Assembly: GCA_035622755.1 (NCBI GenBank)
Contig: DASPUU010000137.1
Span: 3,498 to 67,497, forward strand
Direction of reading: 5' to 3'
DNA from: Myxococcaceae bacterium
GTDB taxonomy: Bacteria > Myxococcota > Myxococcia > Myxococcales > Myxococcaceae
DNA length: 64,000 bases
Shown: in pieces, positions 1-9,367 of the stretch
How positions within the stretch are numbered: the first letter of the stretch is position 1
How the letters are laid out: the number at the start of each line of letters is the position of its first letter
Program-made: the position numbers and the translations under genes
Notes under the pieces: generated by a model
The model's input: only the letters and a program-made list of their open reading frames with translations
The model's database searches: none
What the model was told of the DNA's origin: nothing

Positions 1-699
1 CCGGTGGACGCCGGGTTCGCGCCCGGCCCCGATGCGGGCGCGCTGCCCGCGGCCGAGCTGGCCGCTGCGGCGCTCCCCGATGCCGGAGCCGCGCCTCTGG
101 CCGCGGCCGTCGAGGCCACGCCGGATGCCGGGCCACCCCCGGTGCCTCCGGCGGCGGCGGAGCGTCCGCCCGAGCCCGAGACGACCAGGGCGCCGGCGCC
201 CGGGCAGGGCGGCTCCGTGCGCGGGCTGGTCGGGCTCGGCGCCGACTGGACGCTCGGTCTGGTCCCGAGCGGAGCGTTCGGCCCCGTCGCGTTCGGCGGA
301 GTCGACCTGGGCATCGCCTCGGCCGAGCTCGAGCTGCGCTGGCTCCCGACGACCTCCCTGGCCGACACGGGGGGGTCCATCGCCTCGAGGCTGGTGACGG
401 CCGCGGCCGTCGGATGCGCTCTCTTCGGCGACTTCGGGGCATGCGGGCTCATCCAGGTCGGCCCACTCACCGCGGACGGCCGGGGGTACACCCAGTCGCT
501 GAACACGACCACGTGGGTGGTGGCGCTCGGGGCCCGCGGCCAGTGGGACTGGGTCTTTGCGCACCCGGTCGGACTGAGGCTTCATGTCGACGGGCTGGTG
601 AACCTGGTGCGCCCGCGACTCCTGGTGGATGGGGTTCCGGCGTGGACGGCCCCGTCGGTGGCCCTGGCGCTGGGCGCGGGCCTGTACGTTGTCTTCTAG
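1..699 (+). CDS. hypothetical protein (5' end outside window); possible outer-membrane beta-barrel C-terminal part
   Basis: Frame is open from nt 1 (track ORF 4..699). Ala/Pro-rich N-part, then alternating hydrophobic/polar segments ending ...ALGAGLYVVF (terminal Phe as in many OM barrels). No catalytic motif recognised. Confidence 0.4.
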   Translation, partial: PVDAGFAPGPDAGALPAAELAAAALPDAGAAPLAAAVEATPDAGPPPVPPAAAERPPEPETTRAPAPGQGGSVRGLVGLGADWTLGLVPSGAFGPVAFGGVDLGIASAELELRWLPTTSLADTGGSIASRLVTAAAVGCALFGDFGACGLIQVGPLTADGRGYTQSLNTTTWVVALGARGQWDWVFAHPVGLRLHVDGLVNLVRPRLLVDGVPAWTAPSVALALGAGLYVVF

Positions 700-727
700 A
701 GGTGACGGAAGTGCTCGGGAGCGGACA

Positions 728-1279
728 ATGAGAGAAGGAGTGCCGCCTGCCGCTCTCGCGCTGGCCAAGATGGCTGATGTGCCCACTGCCCCCGACTTTG
801 CGGAGGCCTACGACGCCGAGTTCGAGGCGGTGTGGTTGTACTTGCGGCGCCTCGGGGTGCCGGAGGCTGACGTGGAGGACGCGGTTCATGACGTGTTCGT
901 GGTGGCCCATCGCCGGTATGCGACCTACGACCCGTCCCGCCCGCTCCGTCCCTGGCTCCTGGGCATCGCCTTCCGCGTCGCCGCGCAGTGGCGCCGCCAG
1001 CGCCGCCACGAGGTCTCCCTGGCCGAGCCGGCCATCGAGGTTCCCGACGCCGGCCAGCGCCCGGACGACGCGGTCGCCTCGGAGCAGGCCCGGAGCCAGC
1101 TCCACGCGGCCCTGGCGCAGATCGACCTCCACCAGCGCGCGGTGGTGGTCATGCATGACCTCAACGGCATCCCGGTGCCCGAGATCGCCACTTCCTTGGA
1201 CGTCCCCTTGAACACCATCTATTCCCGGCTCAGGCTTGGGCGAGCCAAGGTGGCGGCGGTGCTGCGGGGGCAGCGATGA
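728..1279 (+). CDS. ECF-type RNA polymerase sigma-70 family factor
   Basis: Region 2 (FEAVWLYLRRLGVPEADVEDAVHDVFVVAHRR) and region 4 HTH (IPVPEIATSLDVPLNTIYSRLRLGR) are visible in track ORF 629..1279. Start placed at first ATG (728; ATG 770 is an alternative). Stop overlaps next start (ATGA, 1276-1279). Confidence 0.85.
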   Translation: MREGVPPAALALAKMADVPTAPDFAEAYDAEFEAVWLYLRRLGVPEADVEDAVHDVFVVAHRRYATYDPSRPLRPWLLGIAFRVAAQWRRQRRHEVSLAEPAIEVPDAGQRPDDAVASEQARSQLHAALAQIDLHQRAVVVMHDLNGIPVPEIATSLDVPLNTIYSRLRLGRAKVAAVLRGQR

Positions 1280-2031
1280 GCGGAGTGCGCGAGGACGGTC
1301 TTCCCGAGAACTGGGAGGCTCTCAGCCTCGAGGACGCGCGCGCCCTGGGCCCGCCGCCCGGGGCCAAGGAACGGGTCCGCCTCCAGGTGGCCATCACCCT
1401 CGGCCTCGGCGCGACGCTGGGCGCCGCCGCGGGCTCCTCCGCCGCGGCCGGTGCCGCCGCCGCCGGCGGAGCCGCCAGCGCCGCCGCCGGACAGGCCCCG
1501 GTGGCCGAGGGCGCCATCGCCGCGGCGGCCAAGGCTCTCCTGGTCAAGAAGGTGGTGGTCATGACCGTGGCCGCCGCCACCGCGGTGACCGGAGGCACCG
1601 CCGCTTACGTCCAGGTGCGCGCTCTACGGCAGCAGGAGGCGCGCCGCGCGGCCGCCGAGAGGGCGGTGGCGGTGCCCGTGCAGCGGTCGCTGCCGGCCCT
1701 GCCCGCCGCCCCGGTCGAGGAGCCGGCGGCGGCCGAGCCGAGCCCGCCCGGCGTGCTCGACACGCTCGGGGACGAGCGCACGTTGCTCGACCAGGCCCGG
1801 GCGGCCATCGCCCGGGGACGCCTCGGCGAGGCGGAGGCCATGCTCGCCCGGCACCAGCAGGCCTTCCCCGAGGGGAGGCTCACCGAGGAGCGCGAGGCGC
1901 TGTGGGTGCGGCTCCTGGTCCGGGAGGGACACGACGCCGAGGCCCACCGCCGGGCCCTCCAGTTCCGGCAGCAGCACCCGCGCAGCATCCAGCTCCCGGT
2001 CATCGACGAGGCCCTCCGGGGACACCATTGA
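1276..2031 (+). CDS. putative anti-sigma factor (single-pass membrane protein)
   Basis: Translationally coupled to the ECF sigma gene. Ala-rich linker, one TM helix (VVVMTVAAATAVTGGTAAYV), helical C-terminal domain. Assignment by position and architecture only. Confidence 0.55.
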   Translation: MSGVREDGLPENWEALSLEDARALGPPPGAKERVRLQVAITLGLGATLGAAAGSSAAAGAAAAGGAASAAAGQAPVAEGAIAAAAKALLVKKVVVMTVAAATAVTGGTAAYVQVRALRQQEARRAAAERAVAVPVQRSLPALPAAPVEEPAAAEPSPPGVLDTLGDERTLLDQARAAIARGRLGEAEAMLARHQQAFPEGRLTEEREALWVRLLVREGHDAEAHRRALQFRQQHPRSIQLPVIDEALRGHH

Positions 2032-2498
2032 GCAGGGGAGGGCTGGCCTGCGCCGCCGGGCTGTTCCTCGCGGCGCTCCTCGGTTGCACGGTCGACCAGA
2101 TCGTCGGCATCACCCAGTCCGAGACCGACGCCGGCCCTCAGGTCTGCGCCGACACCTGTACCTGCCCGGCCGGCCAGTCCTGCGACTTCCTCTGCGGCGC
2201 CCAGTCGTGCACCTCCGGGTGCACGAACATGAGTGACTGCGCCCGGAGCTGCGACGGGGGCACCTGCCACTTCGCCTGCGAGGGCCACCAGCCGTGCTCA
2301 CCCGGATGCACCCCCGGGCCCTGTCAGATCGCCTGCAACATCGGCAACGAGAACGTGGACTGCACGGTGACCTGCACGCCGGCGGAGGATTGCGCCGTCG
2401 ACTGCAGCGGCGGCAGCTGCACGGTGGTGTGTGGCTCGCTCCGGCCGGCGACGGACTGCGACGGCGGGGTCTACACCTGCGCCGGGACCTGCCCCTGA
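2028..2498 (+). CDS. cysteine-ladder lipoprotein (24 Cys after the lipobox)
   Basis: In-frame TTG at 2028 overlaps the upstream stop (TTGA). Signal peptide plus lipobox LLGC, then regular C-x3-C pairs separated mostly by 4-5 residues to the C-terminus (C-terminal part of track ORF 1236..2498). Confidence 0.6.
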   Translation: MSRGGLACAAGLFLAALLGCTVDQIVGITQSETDAGPQVCADTCTCPAGQSCDFLCGAQSCTSGCTNMSDCARSCDGGTCHFACEGHQPCSPGCTPGPCQIACNIGNENVDCTVTCTPAEDCAVDCSGGSCTVVCGSLRPATDCDGGVYTCAGTCP

Positions 2499-2974
2499 GC
2501 GGGGTGGAACCTCCGCACCGCCTGGACGGTGAAGGCCACGAAGCACACCAGCACCACCAGCTGGGCGACCTTGAACGGGGGCTCGGACTGCGTCGGCGCC
2601 AGGCTCTTCAGGGCCGGGACCTTGGAGAAGAGCTGGACCACCAGGACGAAGACGTTGAAGTACAGGGCGACGGCGGCGGTGATGACGTAGGTCGCCCGCC
2701 ATCCGCCGCCGAGCCGCCGCCCGTAGCGGGCGAGGATGGCCACCGCCAGGAGCGCGAGCGAGAGGATGCCCACCACGTGGGAGGGGAGCAGCCCCTGAAC
2801 GGGGAAGAAGAACCCGGTCACGCTGGTGAGGACGGTGGTGGCCAGGAAGAAGGCCGTCCAGCCGTCGAGCCTCTTTCCGCCGAACATCCCGAAGAGGACG
2901 ACGAATCCCGAGACGATGCCCAGGAGGCTGAGGGCGGTGTGGAGGATGGTCAACGTCACCACGGCAGAGCTCAT
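2471..2974 (-). CDS. hypothetical integral membrane protein (about 4-5 TM helices)
   Basis: Track ORF 2471..2974 (167 aa) is dominated by hydrophobic helices (LSLLGIVSGFVVLFGMF, AFFLATTVLTSVTGFFF, VVGILSLALLAVAIL, YVITAAVALYFNVFVLVVQLF, LVVLVCFVAFTV). Family not recognised. Confidence 0.6.
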   Translation of the reverse strand: MSSAVVTLTILHTALSLLGIVSGFVVLFGMFGGKRLDGWTAFFLATTVLTSVTGFFFPVQGLLPSHVVGILSLALLAVAILARYGRRLGGGWRATYVITAAVALYFNVFVLVVQLFSKVPALKSLAPTQSEPPFKVAQLVVLVCFVAFTVQAVRRFHPAQGQVPAQV

Positions 2975-3059
2975 GGGGGCACCCCCTCGAGCCCGGGCAT
3001 AGCACCGAGCGCTCCGGCGCGCCCGGGGGAGCGCGCTCCGGCCCGGACGGGCGGGGCCG

Positions 3060-4391
3060 TCATGTCACCTGGAAGTCATAGACGGAGCCCAGCCGGAGGA
3101 TCCGCGTCAGCTCGTCCAGGGCCGTCATCCCCTCCCGGGCCAGCGCCGGATCACGGAGGTCCCCGGGGGCGAGGCGGTCCCGGTAGTGGCGGCCGACCCA
3201 GGCGGCCAGCTCGCGGTGGAGCGCCTCGTCGTAGAACACGCGCGCCTTGACCGCCGCGCGCTCGGCGTCGGTGAGCCGGATGCGCTGGCGCAGGCAGGCC
3301 GGTCCCCCGCCGTTGTTCATCGACTGGCGGACGTCCAGGTAGTGGATGGCCTCCACCGGATTGTCCTCGGACACCACGCGCTCGAGGAAGGCGCGCGCCC
3401 GCGGCCGCTCCCGCGACTCGACCGGGGCGATGATGGCCATCCTTCCCGACGGCAGGGTGACCACCTGGCTGTTGAACGGGTAGGCGGTCACCGCGTCGGC
3501 GACCGGGAGCTCGGCCTCGGTGGCCAGCGCCCAGGTCAGCCCCCCGCCCAGCCGGGCCCGGAGCGCGCCGAGGAGCTCCTCCGGCCCGGCGAAGGCGAGC
3601 GCGTGGAGCATGAAGAAGCCGTCGTTGCCCACCGCCAGGACGTCGGTGTGGAAGGCGCCGGCATCGATGCCGGCGGCCGACTGCCTGGGAAAGAAGCACT
3701 GCTCGGGGGACAGGCGGTGCAGGCGGGCCAGCGCCTCGGAGGCCTCGAGCGTCTGGCGCGCCGGGAAGCGCACCGGCTCGGGCCCCGGGCGGTAGGTGCT
3801 CCGCCCCCAGGCGAAGAGGTGGACCGCCGGGCGCCCGGGGACGGCGAGGCGGGTGTGGTTGGCCGCTCCCTCGTCGGCGAACTGGCCTCCGCCCGGGAGC
3901 GGGCCGTGGACCTGGAAGCGGCCCGGGTCGGCGAAGATGCTCGCCAGCACCGCCCGGGTGGTGTCCGCCTCGATGGCGCGGTGGAACATCGCCTGGAGGT
4001 TGGCCGGAGTGAGGTGCAGCCGGGCGTCCGCCGTGTCCTCCGAGGGGGCGGCGGTGGCGGCGTTGGCCGTCCACATCGCGGCTGCGCTCGAGCACAGCCG
4101 GAGGAGCTGCTCCGAGTCACGGGCTGCCCGGACGATGACCTCCTCGTCCGAGCCGGTGAAGCCCAGGGCCCGGAGCGTCCTCAGCGACGGGCGGGGCTGG
4201 GGGGGGAGCAGCGCCTGCCCCACGCCCAGCGCGGCGACGGCGCGCATCTTCTCCAGGCCCTGGAGCGCCGCCTGCCGGGGGTTGGAGACCTGGCCCTCGT
4301 GCGCCGCCGAGGCCAGGTTCCCGCGGGCCAGGCCGGCGTAGTTGTGCGTCGGCCCGACGAGCCCGTCGAAGTTGTACTCGCGCTGTGCCAT
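3060..4391 (-). CDS. astB: N-succinylarginine dihydrolase
   Basis: From MAQREYNFDGLVGPTHNYAGL... to ...LRLGSVYDFQVT. Collinear with AstB (NFDGLVG.TH.YAGLS, DEGAANH, FHNDV-like FHTDVLAV, MNNGGGPACLR). 443 aa from ATG at 4391 inside track ORF 3060..5459. Confidence 0.9.
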   Translation of the reverse strand: MAQREYNFDGLVGPTHNYAGLARGNLASAAHEGQVSNPRQAALQGLEKMRAVAALGVGQALLPPQPRPSLRTLRALGFTGSDEEVIVRAARDSEQLLRLCSSAAAMWTANAATAAPSEDTADARLHLTPANLQAMFHRAIEADTTRAVLASIFADPGRFQVHGPLPGGGQFADEGAANHTRLAVPGRPAVHLFAWGRSTYRPGPEPVRFPARQTLEASEALARLHRLSPEQCFFPRQSAAGIDAGAFHTDVLAVGNDGFFMLHALAFAGPEELLGALRARLGGGLTWALATEAELPVADAVTAYPFNSQVVTLPSGRMAIIAPVESRERPRARAFLERVVSEDNPVEAIHYLDVRQSMNNGGGPACLRQRIRLTDAERAAVKARVFYDEALHRELAAWVGRHYRDRLAPGDLRDPALAREGMTALDELTRILRLGSVYDFQVT

Positions 4392-4427
4392 AGACGGCCC
4401 GCTCCGCTCGCCGGAGACGTTTCCCAC

Positions 4428-5333
4428 GTGACGCCCCCCCTGGCCAAGCGCTTCAAGCGGACCCTCCGCTACGGGCTCCTCGTGGCCGCGCTCGCCGTGG
4501 TCTCGCGCCTCCCGCTCTCCTGGTCCCAGCGCGCCGGGGAGGTCCTCGGGGAGCTGGTCTTCCGCCTCGCCCGGGGCGAGCGAAGAAAGGCGCTGGAATC
4601 GCTGGGGCGGGCCTTTCCGGAGAAGAGCGACGAGGAGCGGGCGGCCCTGGCCCGCGCCTCGTTCCGGCACCTGGGCCGGTGCGCGCTCGAGGCGGCGGTG
4701 GCTCGCCGGGTGGGCCCGGCGGGCATCGGGCCGCTCCTGGAGCTCGGCGAGCCGGCCCTCTCGGTCGTGCGCCGGGCCCGGGAGGCGGGCCGGGGCATCG
4801 TCGCCGTCACCGGCCACGTCGGTCACTGGGAGCTGCTCGGCTGGGCGATGGTCCGGGGCGGAATCCCGCTGTCCGTCATCGCCCGGGAAAACGTCGACCC
4901 GAGGCTCACCTGGCTGGTGGACGACTTCCGCGCCCGCGGCGGAGTGCGCACGCTCTGGCGGGCGAACCCGGGGTCGGCGGTGGGGATGCTGCGCGCCCTG
5001 CGCCGGGGGGAGATGCTCGGCCTGCTCATCGACCAGGACACCCGCGTGCAGTCGGTGTTCGTCCCCTTCTTCGGGACCCTGGCCGCCACACCCCGGGCGG
5101 CGGCGGACCTCGCGCTCCGGACCGGGGCCGCGGCGCTGGTCACCTTCGCGCCGCGCGGCGCGGACGGGCGCTACCACGTCAGCGCCGAGGAGCTGAGGGT
5201 GCCCTCGAGCGGCGACGCCGAGGCCGATGCGCTCGAGCTGACCCGGGCATTCTCGGCGGCCATCGAGTCCGCCATCCGCCGGACGCCCGAGCAATGGGTG
5301 TGGATGCACCAGCGCTGGAAGACCCGGCCGTGA
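4428..5333 (+). CDS. lipid A biosynthesis (Kdo)2-lipid IVA acyltransferase family protein (LpxL/HtrB-like)
   Basis: C-terminal 301 aa of track ORF 3186..5333 from GTG 4428. N-terminal TM helix, H-x4-E acyltransferase motif (GHVGHWE), ...PEQWVWMHQRWK C-terminus typical of the family. Sits directly upstream of the lpt genes. Confidence 0.75.
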   Translation: MTPPLAKRFKRTLRYGLLVAALAVVSRLPLSWSQRAGEVLGELVFRLARGERRKALESLGRAFPEKSDEERAALARASFRHLGRCALEAAVARRVGPAGIGPLLELGEPALSVVRRAREAGRGIVAVTGHVGHWELLGWAMVRGGIPLSVIARENVDPRLTWLVDDFRARGGVRTLWRANPGSAVGMLRALRRGEMLGLLIDQDTRVQSVFVPFFGTLAATPRAAADLALRTGAAALVTFAPRGADGRYHVSAEELRVPSSGDAEADALELTRAFSAAIESAIRRTPEQWVWMHQRWKTRP

Positions 5334-5346
5334 TAGGGGAGAGAGC

Positions 5347-5874
5347 GTGCCCCGCCTCGCCGTCCTCGCCGCCGCGCTCGTCGCCGGCTGCTCCGTGCGC
5401 GCGCCGCCGGAGGAGCCGATGCCCCCGGAGGTGACGCTGAACGACGTCCGGCTGCGCAACTTCCGGGGCTCGACCCTGAGCGCGGTGGGCAGGGCGAAGC
5501 AGATGAGCTACCACCGGGCCACCGCCGACGTCCGGGCGACCGACGTCGAGCTGGACGTCTTCCGCATCGATCCGCCGCCGCCCCCGGGGACTCCTCCGCC
5601 GACGAGCCGCATCCTGGCCCGGGAGGCGCTGGGAAACCTCCTCACCCGCGGCATCGATGCCTCCGGAGGGGTGACCGTCCGCACGCCGGCCGGGCTCTTC
5701 GGCCGGACCGAGCGCGGCTACTTCGACACCCCGAGCATGCGGGCCCGGGGCTCCGGCGCGGTGGCGGTGGACGGCCCGGACGGCTTCTGGCTCCGGGGCG
5801 ACGGCTTCGAGCTCGACCTGCGCAACGAGGTCTACGACTTCGAGAACCCGGTCACCCACACGAGGGGACCGTGA
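5347..5874 (+). CDS. LptC-like LPS export protein (lipoprotein form)
   Basis: GTG start; signal peptide with lipobox LVAGC; beta-rich 175-aa protein immediately upstream of and overlapping lptA (GTGA 5871-5874). Assignment mainly by conserved gene order lptC-lptA-lptB. Confidence 0.5.
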   Translation: MPRLAVLAAALVAGCSVRAPPEEPMPPEVTLNDVRLRNFRGSTLSAVGRAKQMSYHRATADVRATDVELDVFRIDPPPPPGTPPPTSRILAREALGNLLTRGIDASGGVTVRTPAGLFGRTERGYFDTPSMRARGSGAVAVDGPDGFWLRGDGFELDLRNEVYDFENPVTHTRGP

Positions 5875-6356
5875 TCGCCCTGTTCCTGGTCCTCAGCGTG
5901 GCCGACGCCGGGACGCCGCCGGGCGAGTTCAAGAACCCGGTGGACATCCAGTGCGACCACGGCCGCATGGAGGGTCCCAAGCAGCAGCTCTTCTGCGTCG
6001 GGCACGTCCGGGTGAAGCGCAACACCACCGACATCACCTGCGACCGGCTCATCGCCTATTACGCCAACCGGAACGTCAACGAGGTGAAGCGCTTCGAGTG
6101 CCTGGGCAACGTCGAGGCGGTGGACGGTGACCGATGGGCGAAGGGGGACTACGCCGACTTCAACAACGAGAAGGAGATCCTGGTCCTCACCGGGTCTCCG
6201 CAGGCGCGGCAGGGCAACAACGTGATGCACGGCACCAGGGTCATCTTCTACGTGACCACCGACCTCATCGAGGTGGACAACGTCACCGGCACCCTGGAGA
6301 GCAAGGGCCAGGAGGAGAAGCGGAAGGAGAAGAAGCGGAAGGCCCCCCCGCCGTGA
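5871..6356 (+). CDS. lptA: LPS transport periplasmic protein LptA (OstA-like)
   Basis: Signal peptide and OstA-like beta-jellyroll sequence ([10 protein letters not shown]..., [45 protein letters not shown]). Overlaps lptB start (GTGA 6353-6356). Confidence 0.75.
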   Translation: MIALFLVLSVADAGTPPGEFKNPVDIQCDHGRMEGPKQQLFCVGHVRVKRNTTDITCDRLIAYYANRNVNEVKRFECLGNVEAVDGDRWAKGDYADFNNEKEILVLTGSPQARQGNNVMHGTRVIFYVTTDLIEVDNVTGTLESKGQEEKRKEKKRKAPPP

Positions 6357-7093
6357 GCGACCACCTCGTCGCCGAGGGGCTTCAGAAGAGCTATCGCGGC
6401 CGCCGGGTGGTGGACGACGTGCATCTGGAGGTGGCGCCCGGCGAGGTGGTGGGGCTGCTCGGGCCCAACGGCGCCGGCAAGACCACCACCTTCAACATGG
6501 TCGTCGGGCTGGTCCGGGCGGAGCGGGGCCGGGTGCGATTGGGGGAGCTGGACCTGACCCGGCTGCCCATCCACCGCCGGGCCCGGGCCGGGCTCGGCTA
6601 CCTGCCCCAGGAAGCGTCCATCTTTCGCCGGCTCACCGTGCGGCAGAACTTCCTCGCCGTCCTGGAGCTCGACCGGGAGAAGGACCGGGCGGCGCGCGAG
6701 GCCCAGGCCCAGGCCTTGCTCGAGGAGTTCCACCTCACCGAGGTCTCCGAGCAGTCCGGCGACCAGCTCAGCGGCGGGGAGCGGCGGCGGGCGGAGATCG
6801 CCCGATCGCTCATCCGCCGGCCCCGGTTCATGCTCTTCGACGAGCCCTTCGCCGGCGTCGATCCGATCAACGTGAGCGACATCCAGAGGCAGGTCACCGC
6901 CCTGCGCGCCCGTGGCCTGGGCGTTCTCATCACCGACCACAACGTGCGGGACACCCTGCGCATCTGCGACCGCGCCTACCTCCTCGCCCAGGGCAAGGTG
7001 ATGCTCGAGGGGACCCCGAGGGAGATCGCCGAGTCGACCTCCGCCCGCACCGTGTACCTGGGCGAGCGGTTCAGGCTGGACGAGCTGGCCTGA
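6353..7093 (+). CDS. lptB: LPS export ABC transporter ATP-binding protein LptB
   Basis: Walker [10 protein letters not shown], signature LSGGERRR, Walker B FMLFDEPF. 246 aa from GTG 6353 inside track ORF 6134..7093. Followed by rpoN as in many proteobacteria. Confidence 0.9.
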   Translation: MSDHLVAEGLQKSYRGRRVVDDVHLEVAPGEVVGLLGPNGAGKTTTFNMVVGLVRAERGRVRLGELDLTRLPIHRRARAGLGYLPQEASIFRRLTVRQNFLAVLELDREKDRAAREAQAQALLEEFHLTEVSEQSGDQLSGGERRRAEIARSLIRRPRFMLFDEPFAGVDPINVSDIQRQVTALRARGLGVLITDHNVRDTLRICDRAYLLAQGKVMLEGTPREIAESTSARTVYLGERFRLDELA

Positions 7094-7332
7094 GCACCGT
7101 CCACGTCCATCTCGGAGCCGGGATGCCGGGCGCGCCTGTCCTCTGGCTCGCGAGGGGCGGCCTAGACCCAGGTCGGAGCATCAGCGTAATTCTCTGATAT
7201 TGCTCAGATTTGACCACCCGGAGCCCCCTGAAAATGCCCCTGAAGCCTGGACGCCCCGGAGGATGGCTGCTAGCTTGGCATGGTCTTTGATTAGGGGCCA
7301 CCGGCGCCCCCCCTGCAAGCGACAGGCTGCTC

Positions 7333-8841
7333 ATGGCGATGGAACTCAAGCAGAACCTGAAGCTGATGCAGACGCTGGTGATGACGCCCCAGCTGCAGCA
7401 GGCGATCAAGCTTCTGCAGCTGTCTCACATGGAGCTCCTGGAGCAGGTGAGCCAGGAGATGGAGCAGAACCCGCTCCTCGAGCAGCCCGACGAGACGGTC
7501 GAGGGCGACCTGGCGGAGAAGGCCCCGGGCGAGGCCTCGCTCGAAGCGGCCACCGCCGAGGTCTCCACCGAGCAGCTGGCCAAGACGCCGGAGCGGCTCG
7601 AGGAGGTCAAGGGCGAGGACGGGCCCAACGAGATCGACTGGGACGCCTACCTCAACAGCTACCAGTTCAACGAGCCGAGCACGGCCAGCAACAAGGGCAA
7701 CGTGGCCACCGACGACCTCCCGTCGTTCGAGGCCAACCTGGTGGAGAAGGAGGACCTCCCCGCCCACCTCACCGCCCAGCTCAGCCTGCTCAAGCTCAAC
7801 GATGCCGAGCGCCGGGTGGCCCTGCTCATCCTCGGCAACCTGGACGACGACGGCTACCTCAAGCTCCCCGGCGTGGAGGGCGACCCGCTCATCCGGCTGG
7901 CCAGCGAGGCGGACGTCGACGTCTGCCTGGCCGAGAGGACCCTGAGGAAGATCCAGCACCTCGAGCCCAAGGGATGCGGGGCGCGCGACCTCCAGGAGTG
8001 CCTGCTCATCCAGGTGGCGTCGCTCAAGAACCCGCGCGCGCCCCTGCTCGGGACGATGATCAAGCGCCACCTCAAGGCGCTGGAGAGCAAGAACCTCCCG
8101 GCCATCGCCCGGGACCTCAAGCTCTCGCTCGAGGAGGTGGTGGAGGCCGAGCGGCTGCTGAGCAAGCTCGACCCGAAGCCGGGGCGGAACTACTCCGCCG
8201 ACGACGCGCAGTACATCACCCCGGACGTCTTCGTCTACAAGATGGCGGACGGCTACACGGTGGTGCTCAACGACGACGGGCTCTCCAAGCTGCGCATCAG
8301 CGGGGCCTACCGGAACGCGCTGCGGCGGGGGGGCATGGAGCCGGGGAAGGCCAAGGAGTTCATCCAGGAAAAGCTGCGGAGCGCCCAGTGGCTGATCCGC
8401 AGCATCCACCAGCGCCAGCGGACCATCTACAAGGTCACCGAGAGCATCGTGAAGTTCCAGCGCGAGTTCCTGGACAAGGGAATCGCCCACCTCCGCCCTC
8501 TCATCCTCAGGGACGTGGCCGAGGACATCGGGATGCACGAGTCGACGGTGAGCCGGGTGACGACGGCCAAGTACGTGCACACCCCGCAGGGCATCTACGA
8601 GCTGAAGTACTTCTTCAACTCCTCCATCGCCCGGGTGGCCGGGGAGGACATCGCCTCCGAGGCGGTGAAGAGCCACATCAAGCAGATCGTGTCCCAGGAG
8701 GACGCCAAGAACCCGCACTCCGACCAGCGCATCGTCGAGCTCCTGCGCGCGCAGGGCATCGACATCGCCCGGCGCACGGTGGCCAAGTACCGCGAGGTGC
8801 TCGGCGTCCTGCCCTCCGGCAAGCGCAAGCGGTACTACTGA
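7333..8841 (+). CDS. rpoN: RNA polymerase sigma-54 factor
   Basis: N-terminal region I (MELKQNLKLMQTLVMTPQLQQAIKLLQLSHMELLEQ), C-terminal HTH and RpoN box (ARRTVAKYRE). 502 aa. Confidence 0.95.
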   Translation: MAMELKQNLKLMQTLVMTPQLQQAIKLLQLSHMELLEQVSQEMEQNPLLEQPDETVEGDLAEKAPGEASLEAATAEVSTEQLAKTPERLEEVKGEDGPNEIDWDAYLNSYQFNEPSTASNKGNVATDDLPSFEANLVEKEDLPAHLTAQLSLLKLNDAERRVALLILGNLDDDGYLKLPGVEGDPLIRLASEADVDVCLAERTLRKIQHLEPKGCGARDLQECLLIQVASLKNPRAPLLGTMIKRHLKALESKNLPAIARDLKLSLEEVVEAERLLSKLDPKPGRNYSADDAQYITPDVFVYKMADGYTVVLNDDGLSKLRISGAYRNALRRGGMEPGKAKEFIQEKLRSAQWLIRSIHQRQRTIYKVTESIVKFQREFLDKGIAHLRPLILRDVAEDIGMHESTVSRVTTAKYVHTPQGIYELKYFFNSSIARVAGEDIASEAVKSHIKQIVSQEDAKNPHSDQRIVELLRAQGIDIARRTVAKYREVLGVLPSGKRKRYY

Positions 8842-8871
8842 CCGCCGGGGCCGTGCTACGAGGCACGGGCC

Positions 8872-9291
8872 ATGGCCAGGGACTTCCCGCCGCCCCGCAT
8901 CAGCGCCGAGGACGCGCGCCGCATCCTGGCCGCCAACCCGTTCGGGAAGTGGTGGGGCTTCGAGGTGGAGTCGGTGGGCCCCGGCCGGGCCGTCCTCCGG
9001 CTCCCGGCGCGGCCGGAGATGCTCCGCCCCGGCGAGCTCCTCCAGGGCGGGTGCGTGATGTCGCTCTCCGACACCGCCTTCTGGTTCGCCGCCATGACCG
9101 TCATCGGCGAGGAGCCGATGTGCGTGACTCTCGAGATGAAGACGGAGTTCCTCCGCGGGGCCCAGGGCGACCTCCGCTGCGAGGCGCGGGTCATCCAGGC
9201 CGGCCGGCGCGTCGTCTACGGCGAGGCCTCGTGCTTCGATCCCGGAGCGAAGCTCGTCTCGCACCACACGCTGACCTATCTCCGTCCCTGA
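8872..9291 (+). CDS. PaaI-family hotdog-fold thioesterase
   Basis: 139 aa. NPFGKWWGFEV...GRAVLRLP...LQGGCVMSLSDTAF...R.VYGEA pattern typical of PaaI/YigI thioesterases. Confidence 0.7.
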   Translation: MARDFPPPRISAEDARRILAANPFGKWWGFEVESVGPGRAVLRLPARPEMLRPGELLQGGCVMSLSDTAFWFAAMTVIGEEPMCVTLEMKTEFLRGAQGDLRCEARVIQAGRRVVYGEASCFDPGAKLVSHHTLTYLRP

Positions 9292-9367
9292 ACGGAAGGG
9301 CAGGCCCGGCCGGGTCGCCTCCACGTGCCGCCCCCCCGGCGCCGAGCGGTGTGCTAAGGGGCCGCCC

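Noticed and set aside
3060-4391. astB without the other arginine succinyltransferase pathway genes (astC/A/D/E).
   Set aside because: The absence applies only to this window. I cannot tell whether the other genes are elsewhere, so no claim of an orphan pathway gene is justified.
7276-7291. Sigma-54-like element TGGCATGGTCTTTGAT in the leader of rpoN.
   Set aside because: The -24 half is good, but the invariant GC of the -12 element is GA. Without the GC dinucleotide I do not consider it a credible sigma-54 promoter.
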